In this document: positions 26,041-41,932 of the stretch, in pieces | Layout: each line of letters begins with the position of its first letter | How positions within the stretch are numbered: the stretch's first letter is position 1 | Source: Octopus sinensis | Lineage: Eukaryota | Assembly: GCF_006345805.1 (NCBI RefSeq) | Contig: NC_043006.1 | Coordinates: forward strand, 88,288,001-88,352,000 | Reading direction: 5' to 3' | DNA length: 64,000 bases | Notes under the pieces: generated by a model | Seen by the model: only the letters and a program-made list of their open reading frames with translations | What the model was told of the DNA's origin: nothing | The model's database searches: none | Translations under genes and position numbers: made by a program

Positions 26041-28614
26041 GATTGTAGTAATGGTGATAGTTACAGTTGTGGTCTAGTGACTAAAGTGTGTGAAACTACC
26101 TCTTAGTCAGTATTGTTTCCAGGTGCACACTGACCCAGAATAGGGTCCCAGCTATGGGTTAACTAGCATGTGAACTACTGGGAATGAAGGGACCCCCTAC
26201 GCTGGTTTTTGTTAGCACTTTCTTCTAGGCGAAGCTAAACTCATACAAAAACCTGAAGTGCAGTTCGTTTTGAGTTGTCTTTACTTATGTTGTGCCACTT
26301 GTTTTATAGCTGATTGCTCAAAAGAAATGAGTTCAAATTCACGCACGCGAATTTCTTGGACTCTCGGAACTTTTGGACGGACTTACTGCTATTACTTTGC
26401 ATTCTCAGTCAATAACTGACAATGAAACAGCCGGTCTCTTTTATGGCGATGCTTTTGATTTAGGTACAAGACAAACAATTTAGAGAGATTAGTTGATAGC
26501 ATCGATCCCAGTGCTAGACCTCAGAATGTGAAGAGCCGGAACAAACGGCAAAATGTTTTTATCGGTGCTCTGGCAACAACTGCAGTCTTTGTGAATCACT
26601 GACATTTAAAGAAATGTGAATTTGTAATTTTACATCACATTAGTGTATGCATGTCAGAAATATTTAAAAACTACAATTTCAACTCAACTGGTTTGATCCC
26701 ATGGAATTATAGCTATCACTCAGCATTAGGCTTTCCATGAAAAGCTGGTTTTAATAGGATCCTTTTTATAACCTTCAAAAAATTTAGAAAAGAAATCTAG
26801 CATTCAGAACTTTTGTTGAACATAAAATTTGCTGTAACACCAAGAAATCATAGGCGAGTAGATGATTGTGAAAGAAACAATATCACCGTGCAGTTAAAAC
26901 TGAAGAACAAAGAAATATCAGCCTCATAGCTAAAAGAAACCGTGTAACCGAAGACCGATTAAATGAAAGCGAAGCAGGAACAAACAGCCGCCTAGTAAAC
27001 TAACAGAAACCGTATTACAAAAACCTTATTGAATAAAAGTGGAGAAGACTAGAGAGCTTAAGCGGAAACCGATAGGAATTGTAACTCTGAAGCCTGATTT
27101 CACGAAGCTTTGAAAGAAATGAAGATGGTAATTGTCTCGAATTGTACCTCTTTTCAAGAGTCAATACTTTCACAGTCAATATCTGACAACGTAAAGCCAG
27201 GACTTTTTGATGAGTTTTATGGGAACAAATCCACTCTCACAGTCAGAAATGAAGTGATCAAATGATTAGACCGTTAATAATTTGCAACTAACGGTGCTAT
27301 TGTTCACCAATTGCAGTAGTATAAAATAAAATAACGCAATCAATACAAATTACCACTGCTATCATCACCACCACCGCCACCTTTATCACCAGACTGTATA
27401 ATAATAGGAAAATACGTATTAATTAATTTTCCTTTATTAGCAACAGAAATCTAGATCGAAGTCTCTGAGGTGGATGAGTGCTGTTTTCGACCGTATAAAT
27501 AACAGTTTACTACTAGTATACTACAACTACTACGACTACTAAAATCCTTGAACATGTTGCTGATGGTAGATTTGCGATAGATTAGAGCCTTCTGATTAAA
27601 AAATAAACTTTCTATTACTTTTAGTGTGATTTATGGCCCTGTCTGCTTTAGCTGTTCTCAATGTCAGGTAGGTTGTGTTCTTCAAAAATAAAACCACGTT
27701 AAAATTTGTGTGAGTTTCCAAATATTCTATTTACCCGCCTCGCTGAGTTTATATCCAATTAATTAATATTGTGAAAGTGGTAGAGCGCATTATGAATCAC
27801 TGCATATAATGAATATATTTGTTGATTATCACTCCGAACTTAAGATATATGAATAGGAGAGAAGGACGACAGACTACCATACGGGATAGAATGACCCTTC
27901 CGCATAAATCTCGAAATAAGTTGAATTAGCTCGCCTTTGAATAAGTGTTGGCCCAGGATTTTATAGAATACGATTGGTGAGAGAACTTTCATACGTCCTC
28001 ATAGAATGACGCCTCTCTCATAAGTCACCCAGTGCTCATTGGTCAAATTTGATTCTTGTAGGTGTTTATACCTTTTATTCAACTCTTTTCCTTTATTAGG
28101 AACAAATAGTTCGTGGTTCTAGATTAGGTAAATCTGGAAACTATGTTTCGAATCTCAACTAGGTTCTTGCTACAAGTTTATTCCACTTGGTATTTAACAA
28201 TTGAATTAATTCGCTAAAATCCCCGAGCGTATGCACCGAGTATAACATCTTCTGTAGGGAGACAAAACCGAAATCAATTACATGTGCATTATGCCCCACA
28301 CAAAAGCACATATTCACGCGTCTGCTTACGGTGGCTGTATATCAATGTTCACTTGCATATGAGTCAGTGGCATGCACACACTTTCTTTTAAAAGACAATA
28401 GTGTAGTTTGAGAGTTATTTCACTACTATTTCTATATAGTTCGAGCTACTGACGGGATACTCCTTCGAAATTGAGCGTTTCATATTTTTATGTATGTGTG
28501 CGTATATATGTTTATTCTCTTCTATTTTTAATTGCTTGAAATATTCATGTAAAGAAGGAGCTGGTTTCTAACAAAGATACAGAGCTCCATGGTCGGAATG
28601 TAGAAAACAAAAAT

Positions 28615-28836
28615 TCGCATTTTGAACTTAAGAAATATCTTGCATATTTTTACTGTTCCGCTTAGAGATTGTATCCGTAATGTGTACATTAACTGGTTGG
28701 TTTCTCTTTCTGGAAACCCCAGCTTATCCAAATTGTCACTTATGCATTTATTCACATAACCTAGTACAGCAGTGATTCTTGATATAAATGTGAATTTATA
28801 TTCTGGGTATAGAAACTGGAAGTTTCGAAACAGTCG
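28615..28836 (-). pseudogene. 3' fragment of a non-LTR retrotransposon ORF with a restriction-like endonuclease (R4/Dong-like C-terminus)
   Basis: RLFRNFQFLYPEYKFTFISRITAVLGYVNKCISDNLDKLGF...LRIQSLSGTVKICKIFLKF resembles the PIVxGALG...LQK..LxGT.kI.r C-terminus of such elements. Confidence 0.7.
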
Positions 28837-29151
28837 TTACTTTTTTCCTTTGTTTTTTTTTTTGAAGAGATATTTACATCAGCAGAGCAGCTAATTTCTA
28901 TGATGGTACATACTTTTTTTGTCAGTCCCAAACAACAATATCCGGCCTGTTATGTTTGTACTTGTTAGAAGTTTTGAGGGAAATGTTTCACCAATGTTCC
29001 TTGTGTTGGGGTTTATGTATGTGTTCTATAACAGGCGCGGGGGGGGGGTCTTTAAGATGACATTCTATATTGTTTTAGCGACATCAACATCACCATGTCT
29101 CCACACACACAGAGAGGCACGTACACACACACACACACACACACACGTACG

Positions 29152-29182
<31 letters not shown>

Positions 29183-29509
29183 TAATATATTATTATATTA
29201 CATTACATCTGAATTCATTTTTAACTTCTATAGGAACTGAATTATATAGCTTAACTCATCAACCTGGCATTATGATAAATGTCATGATATAGTAATATTT
29301 ATTTATTGCTTCAGAAGCACAACACCTCAGACCTTAGATTTACGGAAAATACAGTCAATTAAATAAACTTCTGGACTAGTTATTTTATCGACCGGAGGGA
29401 TGGGACTAAGTATGTACGATCCGTATGTAATTGCTGGAAGGTATTTGTCTATCTTATGATTCTGCCACTCGTTATACTGGCATATAATTTTATTCTTTCT
29501 TTCTTCTAT

Positions 29510-29716
29510 AAGTACAAGGCTTGAAATTTGGGGAGAGAAGAGTTAGTTGATTATATCGATCTCAATGCTCAATTGGTACTTATTTTATCGACCCCGAAAG
29601 AATGAAAAGCAAAGTCTACCTCGGACAGAATTTGAATTCAGAACGCAAAGCCGGAATACATGCTGCTAAACATTTTCTCCACCGTAAGTATGACTCTGCC
29701 AGCTCGCCGACTTTAT
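29510..29716 (-). mobile_element. Family B SINE
   Basis: Reverse complement of the B core (ATTTTATCGACCCCGAAAGAATGAAAAGCAAAGTC) and head (CTGCCAGCTCGCC). Confidence 0.8.
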
Positions 29717-30726
29717 AATGACACGCCATTTACGTGCTAACATCAGGAATGGTGAATAGCTCACCCTACACTATAAAACTTTGAACCTAGATCAATAAAG
29801 CAAGCAAAGTTTCGCAGAATCGCCAGTGTCAAGAAAACTGCTATTCGATATTTAATTATGGCCCTTTATGTTCAGATCCCTTCAAGAACACCCGTTCGAT
29901 AGAATAAAGAATTAATCAAGCACTTGTATTGATTCTAAAATTCTTAGAATGCATTCTAGATATGAATGGAAATATAATAAAAGATAAAATAAAGTCGCTT
30001 GTCTGCCACTATACTGTCTCGACAATCGTGAAGAGAGACAATAGCGAAATACACAGTTAGAGAGAATTCCGGAATTCAAGGCGCAGAAAAACGTTACACG
30101 AAAACTTCAATAAATTACTTATTTAAAGTACTATTTGTTTTTCTGTTCATTGAATTGAATAAAACGTAAATTTTTTCCACTTGTAATGTTGTTATATAAA
30201 TTTGTTGTTATCTCAACAATTCAGATATTGTTAGATAATAAGCAACTTAAGATATATTTTAATTACTTCAACTATTATTGTAATTTGAATGAGAAGTGGT
30301 ATTTTTTTCTGACATATTTTCCAAGTAAAAATGTGAACTTTTGAACTTTTTATTTGTGATCATCGTCATTTGTACGTGACGGTGAAGCACGAGTCGAAGA
30401 AAAAGAAAAGATGAGATAGTCACAAATGAAATATCTTTGGTCATAAGTCTGACCTGAGGCTAAACAACAAGAAAACACTGTAGCTTTCAAAATACATTTC
30501 AAGTTACATAGAGACATGCCCCCATTTGGGGTTTATTTTAAAATACACTTTAGACTTAATCATAACTTTCCAATTGAAAAGGTCCTGACGTATGCGTTCG
30601 AAAGAGCTTGACATTATTGCTTGACAACTTTCGTCTAATTCTTCCAAATCTTTCTGTTAAAACTGTATTGAAACCATTTGTGGGGAATTTTTTTTTATCA
30701 CTGCAACTGCTCGCACACCACAAGGT

Positions 30727-30870
30727 TTAACGGAACCTACTGAAGTAAGCCAGCACGCTCGCAGCATTACCACGGGCGATGGCGCGGCTAAAGTGTTGGG
30801 AAAGCCAAGCGCCTTCACGGGTATCACCTGACAACTCAGTGAGGCGAGCTGCTAACGTTGACAAGAACTT
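30727..30870 (-). pseudogene. 3' fragment of a CRE-like (RLE-type) non-LTR retrotransposon ORF
   Basis: KFLSTLAARLTELSGDTREGAWLSQHFSRAIARGNAASVLAYFSRFR* matches the GD.Re..fl.Qrls.Ai.RGNAa.vl C-terminal motif. Confidence 0.8.
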
Positions 30871-31870
30871 CGCGGTTAGTGGCCTTAATCAGGGCTGACC
30901 GGGGGCTAAACATCAAAAGATTAAGTGATACGTATTATTTTAGATTAATATATAATCCGAAGAAACTCTATGGTGATGGTGGTGATCTACCAAGATAAAA
31001 AAGAAAAAAACTATATGCTGAAAGCCATGGGTTTGGATATGTTGGTATATTATGGCAAGATGAGGGGACTGGTATTTGGGGACCGACTATTGCTATGAAA
31101 TTAAAATAAGAAAATGAAATTCTTTTCTTTCAGACAAAACGTTAGTATTCCTTTTTTCCTCCAAAATTTAAAGATATATCCAAATTCACGAATATTGTTT
31201 TAAGAAAACTGAGTGATTCTCAAAAAAAAAAGGGGAATAACAAGAGCCTATGAGAAGATGACACAAAGAATAGCATCCTCCCCGGGATTGTCTGTGAGGG
31301 TTGTAAAAAACCGGGTAAGTTGTCTTGTTTAAAATTAGAGAGGTTTTAACTTCTATTACTTATATACTGATACTGTAGTAGAGAACGAAGAATGATATAG
31401 AAGCAAACTATTCGATCTTCGCGTTAATAAAGAGGTGTGGTAATGTGAGAGGTGGGAAATATTTTCCTAGTACTTGGGTGGGATTGTTATTTGTTACTTT
31501 GAAAAGAACTGTGAATAACAGTGCAAAAGGCGACCTAAAAATCTTTAAATTAGACATATTGTTGTGTAAGACCCACGTTAGGAATTGATGGAACAAACCA
31601 CATAACTTAGAAATTTTAGAACAGAAGTAAAGAACTAATTTAAGTAGCAGTGAAGAATTATAGAGTACTAGAACTTGAAAGAGGTGTATCACCAAAAATA
31701 TAAATACTTAAAAAAATATAAATTAAAATTGTTACGGATCTTTAATTTTACAGATTCAGTTCTTTCCTTATTAAATGGACGCAGGCGTGGCTTCATTCAT
31801 ATCATTATGTGTGTGTCCAGCTCGTAGCTTCCTTTCTTTCTAAGGCCATTGTGGCCAATTAAATTAATAA

Positions 31871-32280
31871 AAGAAGATTGCTTCCTAACCACAAAATTCC
31901 GGGTTCACTCCCACCGTGTGGCATTTGGGCAAGTGTCTTTTACTATAGCTCCGGGCCGACCAAAGCCTTGTGAGCAGATTTCTTAGACGGAAACTAAAAG
32001 AAGCGTGTGTGTGCGCGTGCATGCCTTTCTGTTTGGGCTTGTTCCTACCACCGCTTGACAACCGGTGTTGATTTGTTCACGTCCATCATCGGTCACTTTT
32101 GTGGTTCGGCAAAAGTGACCGATGATGGAGTGGTTGTGTGGTAAGTAGCTTGCTTACCAACCACATGGTTCCGGGTTCAATCCCACTGCGTGGCACCTTG
32201 GGCAACTGTTTTCTACTATAACCTTGGGTTGACCAAAGCCTTGTGAGTGGATTTGGTAGACGGAAACTGAAAGAAGTCCG

Positions 32281-32320
<40 letters not shown>

Positions 32321-32526
32321 ATTTGTTACCCCATCATCGCTTGACAACCGATGCTGATGTGTTTACGTCCCCGTAAGTTGGCGGTTCGGCAAAACAGATC
32401 GATAGAATAAGAGCTAGGCTTACAAAGAATGAGTCCTGGGGTCGATTTGCTCGACTAAAGAAGACAGTTCTCCAGCATGGCGGCAGCCAAATGACTGAAA
32501 CAAATAAACGAATAACAGAATAAAGA

Positions 32527-32527
<1 letters not shown>
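31871..32527 (+). mobile_element. Two adjacent family A SINEs (truncated 31871-32122; full length 32128-32527)
   Basis: The full copy has A box TGGTTGTGTGGT and B box GGTTCAATCCC (32174-32184), an internal (GT)n and a 3' end TGACTGAAACAAATAAA. Confidence 0.9.
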
Positions 32528-32613
<86 letters not shown>

Positions 32614-32707
32614 ATCTCAGTAAACGGTATTCTAAAAGCCAACAAGGGGCCTCCCGCTCCTGTGCATAACTTGAAACAAGCTAAATACTGCTGAGAAAGA
32701 GAAAGAG

Positions 32708-32746
<39 letters not shown>

Positions 32747-33049
32747 GACAGAGAAAGAGAAAGAGAGAGGGAGAGAGGCAGACAGACAGACAGACAGAAA
32801 CCTGTACATGTCTAATTAAAAAAAACACCATGGATGGATAGTGTAACCACTCAACAGAAGCTATTTGTAAACGTATTGTTGGAGAGGACGGGATGTGACT
32901 TGGCTGACATAAGCTTTTACACACACCTTCATACAACAAAACACTGGCATCTAACATTTACCATTATTATCAATTAGTGAGGACTTTGATTTACAATTAA
33001 CCGGATGAGGAAAAATAATTTGGTTATAAATTACTATGCATATGATCGA

Positions 33050-34565
<1,516 letters not shown>

Positions 34566-34569
34566 TGGT

Positions 34570-34778
34570 GGAGGCGCGTGGCTTAGCGGTTAGGGTGTCA
34601 GCATCATGATCGTAAGATTGTGGTTTCGATTCCTGGACCGGGCGATGCGTTGTGTTCTTAAGCAAAACACTTTATTTCACGTTGCTCCAGTCCACTTAGC
34701 TGGCAAAAATGAGTAACGCTGCGATGGACTGGCGTCCCGTCCAGCTGGGAACACATGCGCCATAGAAACCGGGGAAAC
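34570..34778 (+). mobile_element. Family C SINE
   Basis: GGAGGCGCGTGGCTTAGCGGTTAGG head, TTTCGATTCC B box and the CORE-like block. Confidence 0.85.
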
Positions 34779-35349
34779 ACACACATATATATATATGCAT
34801 ATGTGGGCATAGGACGTCACGAAACGAGTACAACAAAAACTACGAAATACGAGTACATGGAATATGACTATTTTTTGGAACAATGAAAGACACAAATGAA
34901 AAACAAGACAAACAACAGAAAAAACTACTCTTCATCTGTTGTTGGCTGTTTTTCTACTCTCGTATTTCGGGCATTTAACAAGATACACTTTCGATAAAAC
35001 AGTTGCTCTCGCAAAGCAAATTAAATAGACGCACATATACATGCATACATTTATCAATGCATACATACATCTTCAAACAAACGTAGGTATACAAACCCAC
35101 GATCGAACTCACAATTACAATCACAAGCCCATTCACATACATAGTCACTTATACACACATACGTATACATAATACACACGTGGACATACAACCTCACAGT
35201 TAAACAAAGAAATGATTGGATGGAAAAAGTTTGCTCCACAACCACGTGGTTTCGACGTGTCATGCTTAATTCCAGTCCTTTATGTTCTGATTTCAAATCC
35301 TGTTGAGGTCGGCTTTGTGCTCCAACTTCCCGGGATGGATTATTCTTCT

Positions 35350-35729
35350 ATTCTTTTACTTGTTTCAGTCATCCGACTGCGGCCATACTGGGGCACCACC
35401 TTAAAGAATTTTAATCGAAGAAATCGAGCGCAGAGCTTATTCTTTGTAAGCCTGGTGTTTATTCTATCGTTTTTCTTTTTTGCCGAACCGCTAAGTTTCT
35501 AGGACATAAACACACCAGCATCGGTTGTTAAGCGATGGCGGGACACACACACACACACACACACGCACGCACGCACACACACATATATATAGTACGAGCT
35601 TCTTTCAGTTTCTGGTCTACCAAATCCACTCACAAAGCTATAGTAGAAGACAGATGCCCAATGTGCCATGCAGTGGGACTGAACCCGGAACCATATGGTT
35701 AGGAAGCAAGCTTCTTACCGCACAGTCAT
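35350..35729 (-). mobile_element. Family A SINE
   Basis: Reverse-complement match to 32128-32527. Confidence 0.85.
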
Positions 35730-36237
35730 ATGTATGTATGTATGTATGTATGTAGTATGTATGTATGTATGTAAGTATGTAAGTATGTATGTATGTATGT
35801 ATGTATGTATGTATGTATGTATGTATGTATATATGTGTGTGTGTTGTGTGTATGTGTTTATCTTTATCCTCCACTTCCCACCGCTTGACAACCGGTGTTG
35901 GTCTGTTTACGCCCCCGTAACTCAGCGGTTCGGCTATAGAAAGTACTGGGATCGATTCAGTCGACTAAAATTCTTCAAGGTAGTGCCCCAGCATGGCCGC
36001 AGTTTAATGACCGAAAGAAGTGAACGATAAAAGATACGGAGACATGCGCAGTTATTATACACACAGATACATTTGAACACTCACAACTGTACACTCTTAG
36101 CTGTATGTAGATTCTGAAGACAATTACAGCAGCGCAAGAATAAAAGTTTGGAATCAATAAAATTCTAAGTTTGGTAACTAAGGAAAAAAAACCTTCATGT
36201 TACGATTGTTGATGTCAGTATTAATGATGGTATTATT

Positions 36238-36455
36238 AGGCGGCGAGCTGGCAGAAACGTTAGCACGCCGGGCGAAATGCTTAACGTTACGTTCTGAGTT
36301 CAAATTCCGCCGAGGTCGACTTTGCCTTTCATCCTTTCGGGGTCGATAAATTAAGTACCAGTTACGCACTGGGGTTGATGTAATCGACTTAATACCTATG
36401 TCTGTCCTTGTTTGTCCCCTCTGTATTTAGCCCCTTGTGGGTAATAAAGAAATAG
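36238..36455 (+). mobile_element. Family B SINE monomer with TSD
   Basis: The flanks are GTATTAATGATGGTATT (36218-36234) / GTATTAATGTTGGTAGT (36456-36472). B-box-like GAGTTCAAATTCC is present. Confidence 0.9.
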
Positions 36456-36922
36456 GTATTAATGTTGGTAGTGATGAAGCTAGCGTTGAATGATGCTGGT
36501 GCTGATGTCGCTGTTGATGTTCATGTTAACAATGTTATTGCTGATGAAGTATGCTAATGACCATGATGCTACTGCTGCTGATGTTGAATAAGGTCACCCA
36601 GGTCAGCGCTCAATGTTTTTAGTCATTACCATCCCGTTTTCCTTTTCCTTTCCTTTTTTTCATCTATCTTATTTGTTCAGCATGTTCTACTTTATAGAAG
36701 ATGGTAGCCTGTGATTTGAGCCAGATTTGGCTGCCATTTCTAGCAAGTTGAACAATCAGTTTACGGGTTCATTTGCTGGCACAGCCTAACTCTAGGTCAA
36801 ACTTGATCCAGTTGGTTTAGGATCAACGGCGTCCCAAATTAGCCATCTCGTCCTTTTAGGTATGTCTAGGATTACATTACATAACATGCCCCGTGCGTGA
36901 TATGTAACAGCGGTAACATAAG

Positions 36923-36978
<56 letters not shown>

Positions 36979-37284
36979 CCCATGGAGAAGAAGAAAGAGG
37001 GAGAGAGAGAGAAAGAAAGAAACAAACAAACAAAGAAGGAAAGAAAGAAAAATAAAAAGAGGTGATTAGAGCCGAGTGCGTTTATGTACGTCTATAAAAT
37101 AGAGAATTCGGAGTTCCCCAAATAACATGGTTTATTCGTTCGTATACATCTTTGGATATACAAAACAGGGGACAGGAACGTGGATCAATGTCATGTGTTT
37201 GTGCATGTATGTATGTATGTATGTATACACATACACATAAGATGTATGCAGATATAAATAATATATAGATATACGCGTGTGTGT

Positions 37285-37334
37285 GTGAGCGGATTTGGTA
37301 GACGGAAACTGAAAAGAAGCCCGTCGTATATATG

Positions 37335-37387
<53 letters not shown>

Positions 37388-37600
37388 TTTGTGTGTCTGT
37401 GTTTGTCCCTCTAGCATTGCTTGACAACCGATGCTGGTGTGTTTACGTCCCCGTTACTTAGCGGTTCGGCAAAAGAGACCGATGGAATAAGTACTGGGCT
37501 TACAAAAAGAATAAGTCCCGGGGTCGAGTTGCTCGATTAAAGGCGGTGCTCCAGCATGGCCGCAGTTCAAATGACTGAAACAAGTAAAAGAGTAAAAGAG
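37285..37600 (+). mobile_element. Family A SINE, 5'-truncated
   Basis: Matches the A body from GGATTTGGTAGACGGAAACTGAAA to TGACTGAAACAAGTAAAAGAG. Confidence 0.85.
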
Positions 37601-37800
37601 AAATATATATATATATACATGCACGCACGTAAATATACATACATATAGACACATATACAGTTACAGATACATGCAAACTTATAGATTAATAAATAAGTAT
37701 ACACGTAGATATAGTAGCTATATAGACGCATAAATAAATATATACACACAGATATATATATATTATACATACCGACACACAATATATCATATATATATAT

Positions 37801-37838
<38 letters not shown>

Positions 37839-37855
37839 TATATACATATATATAT

Positions 37856-37923
<68 letters not shown>

Positions 37924-38072
37924 ATGAGAGAGAAAGAGAGAGAGAGAGAGAGAGATGGCAACATATATCTTTATATTTAGACGTAAATATACATACACTT
38001 AAATATATATTCTTACGTAGTCATGAACGTACATGCATATTTTTTATTCATTGTTTACAAATACACACACGC

Positions 38073-38327
38073 CTCTTTCAGCCATTTGACTACAGCCTCC
38101 TTGAAGACTTTTTAGACGAATGAATCGACCCTTGTAATGATTTTTTTTTCTTAAGCCTGGTCCTTATTCTGTCGGTCTCTAGTGTCGAACTGCTATTTTA
38201 CGGTAGTTTAAACACGCCAACACGGGTTGTCAAGCGATAGCGGGAGAGAAAACCAGACACATACACGCAAACATACACACACACACTTACACACACTTAC
38301 ACACACTTACACACACACACACACACA

Positions 38328-38370
<43 letters not shown>

Positions 38371-38475
38371 AGATCGTTACCAAATCCACTCATAAGGCTT
38401 TGGTCGACCGGAAACTATAGTAGAATTTGCTCAGAGTTGGGAAACAAAGCTCTTACCACACAGCGATGCCTGCGC
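38073..38475 (-). mobile_element. Decayed family A SINE
   Basis: Reverse-complement A motifs (CCAAATCCACTCATAAGGCTTTGGTCG) with an expanded (CA)n. Confidence 0.7.
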
Positions 38476-38652
38476 GTACATACACACATGCACACACACA
38501 TATATATATATCTACATACACATATATACATACATACATACATACATACAAATATTCATGTATATACCTATATATACACACACATACACATACATAGAAA
38601 TAATACAAATACACACACACATACATACATATATGTGTATATATATATATAT

Positions 38653-38768
38653 ATTGGGCTGCTCGCTTAGCCAGCGGGGTGGCGTCATTTGAAGGCTAAA
38701 ACAATGCGAAGCGCATTGTGACCAGCGATGTATAACAATATCTGATAGCCTGGTCGGTCCACGGTGAT
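38653..38768 (+). repeat. 116-bp CpG-rich element embedded in (TA)n, copy 1
   Basis: About 95% identical to the reverse complement of 46126-46240. It has the internal hairpin CAATGCG-AAG-CGCATTG. Confidence 0.85.
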
Positions 38769-38788
38769 CATGTTGATATATATGTAAA

Positions 38789-38831
<43 letters not shown>

Positions 38832-39300
38832 ATTATTTCCATATGCATATATTTGTATTATATATATATATAATATATTGGGATTATTTCCATATGTATA
38901 TATTTGTATTATATATATATATATTGGGATTATTTCCATACGTATATATTTGTATTATATATATATATATATATATATATAATACAAATCTACTGCACAT
39001 GTGGGAAATTCTGTCTGTGGGTGTGTTAGTGGAGTTGTTAGCTAACTCCTCCTACTTCGTTTTATCGATTTTGATGAAACCTGATACGTGAGTAGAACTC
39101 ATGTCTGGAAACCTCGTAGCAAACTCAGATTGTTGAAAAAAAATCGATAATAGAGCACCTGGAAGGGATCGTTATATATAGCCAAGGGAAATAACCCATC
39201 TATTTTCCTAAATTATTTGGTATAATTCAAATTGAGTATGCTTATTTCTTAGTATTTGAACTGTTAGAGATATTTTCGCAATTTATCCAGCACAACCCTT

Positions 39301-41360
39301 CAAAAAGTAAATAGTATTTTTCTAAACATTAGATCCACTTATTTCGGTTAGTGACTTATTCACGGATATACCAACACAAACACCCCTGAGTGTAATATTC
39401 TCTGGGAACGCACAAAAGTCCTTTTCAGAGTTATTTACATTGAATTGTTATTATCTCATTTCTGATTAGCCTGTTATTATGTAACATGCGTCACGATTTT
39501 AGTATACATACCTTATTAGTATTTCCTCCTATGTTCTATATACTCTGGGAACGCATTAAAGCTTTTTTGGGACTACTTTATTTGAATTCTTACTATCGTG
39601 TAACTAATTTCATGTTATTACATAACTGACTTCACAATTTGGGTATTCATAACTTGTTGGAAATTCCTTAAAAAAAGACAGTTTGGTTTTCTCTGTAAAT
39701 GCACAAAATCCGTTTTAAGGGCTACATACCTTGTATTGTTGTTATTGGATTAGCGAAACAATTATGAGAACGAAACCAGGGGATATGCTCCGTTTTCCCG
39801 GGAATTACCTGGTACGTCAGCTAGTATATAAATATAGAAATGATTTATATATACAGAGAGAGAGAGAGAGAGACCTGCATGATCAAGAAGCTCGCTTTGC
39901 CGGTATGGTGCCAGGTTTAGTCCCGCTGCGCGGCACTTTAAGCAGGTCAGCTATTTACACAAGGAGAGTAAATTTGGCAAACGGAAGCAATGTGGAAGTC
40001 CGTCGATTATACACACACACACACACACACATATATTCATATATATACATTTATCCACACACACACATACACACATATTCATATATAAATATTTATCCAC
40101 ACACACGTCCCAGTAACCTTGCAGTTCGGCAAACGATCGATACAATATGTCAGACTTAAAAAAATAAGTACTGATGTCGATTTGTCCGCTTAAAACACTT
40201 CAAGACGTTGGTCCCAGCATGACCGCAACCCAGTGACTGAAACAAAGAAAAGATAAATGACCTTACATACTACTAAACATATGTNNNNNNNNNNNNNNNN
40301 NNNNNNNNNNNNNNNNNNNNNNNNNNNNNNNNNNNNNNNNNNNNNNNNNNNNNNNNNNNNNNNNNNNNNNNNNNNNNNNNNNNNCAAAAAGTAAATAGTA
40401 TTTTTCTAAACATTAGATCCACTTATTTCGGTTAGTGACTTATTCACGGATATACCAACACAAACACCCCTGAGTGTAATATTCTCTGGGAACGCACAAA
40501 AGTCCTTTTCAGAGTTATTTACATGAATTGTATTATCTCATTTCTGATTAGCCTGTTATTATGTAACATGCGTCACGATTTTAGTATACATACCTTATTA
40601 GTATTTCCTCCTATGTTCTATATATGGGAACGCATTAAAGCTTTTTGGGACTACTTTATTTGAATTCTTACTATCGTGTAACTAATTTCATGTTATTACA
40701 TAACTGACTTCACAATTTGGTATTCAGAAACTTGTTGGAAATTCCTTAAAAAAAGACAGTTTGGTTTCTCTGTAAATGCACAAAAATCCGTTTTAAGGGC
40801 TACATACCTTGTATTGTTGTTATTGGGATTAGCGAAACAATTATGAGAAACGAAACCAGGGATATGCTCCGTTTCCCGGGAATTACCTGGTACGTCAGCT
40901 AGTATATAAATATAGAAATGATTTATATATACAGAGAGAGAGAGAGAGAGACCTGCATGATCAAGAAGCGCGCTTGCCGGTTTTGGTGCCAGGTTTAGTC
41001 CCGCTGCGCGGCACTTAAGCAGGTCAGCTATTTACACAAGGAGAGTAAATTTGGCAAAGAAATAAGCAATGTGGAAGTCCGTCGATTATACACACACACA
41101 CACAACACATATATTCATATATATACATTTATCCACACACACACATACACACATATTCATATATAAATATTTATCCACACACACGTCCCAGTAACCTTGC
41201 AGTTCGGCAAACGATCGATACAATATGTCAGACTTAAAAAAATAAGTACTGATGTCGATTTGTCCGCTTAAAACACTTCAAGACGTTGGTCCAGCATGAC
41301 CGCAACCCAGTGACTGAAACAAAGAAAAGATAAATGACCTTTACATACTATACATATGTT
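39301..41360. other. Assembly gap (100 N, 40285-40384) flanked by a ~985-bp direct duplication
   Basis: 39301-40284 is repeated at 40385-~41359. The differences are mostly 1-bp indels in homopolymers. Each copy includes a decayed family A SINE. Confidence 0.95.
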
Positions 41361-41569
41361 TTACGTATATAGAGGCATATACGAGTATGGATGTTCATAT
41401 ATGTGTGTTTATATATAAACACACGAAAATAAATGTGTTCACATACACACACGTACATACATATATACACATACATATATATACGCATAATGCACTTATA
41501 TATACATACCTATATATATGCATATATACGTACATATATATACATATGCATGCGTGCATACGTATACAT

Positions 41570-41626
<57 letters not shown>

Positions 41627-41842
41627 CATGTATACATACGTACGCAACCATATACATATATATGCGTATATACATATATGTATGCATATCGGTATAATTG
41701 CCAATATATATATGCAGCAGAGCGTGCATGCACACATGTGAATTTGTGATCGTGCATGCGTGCGTGTGTCATGTGTGATGTGTTTTACTTAAATCGAACT
41801 CGGTAACGGAAGGAACTAATTGCGTTACTCAGTGAAAGAGAG

Positions 41843-41932
<90 letters not shown>

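Noticed and set aside
26880-27260. A-rich stretch reading KRNRVTEDRLNESEAGTNSRLVN, reminiscent of Helitron N-terminal repeats
   Set aside because: Too short and interrupted to support a call.
38820-38990. ~50-bp tandem units (similar ones at 15125-15425 and 62580-62812)
   Set aside because: Ordinary slippage duplications within AT microsatellite fields.
39071-39120. Hammerhead-like TTGATGA ... TGGAAAC-CTC-GTA
   Set aside because: It shares the 3' motif with the 57-kb element, but the core is mutated and stem I cannot pair. At best it is a dead relic.
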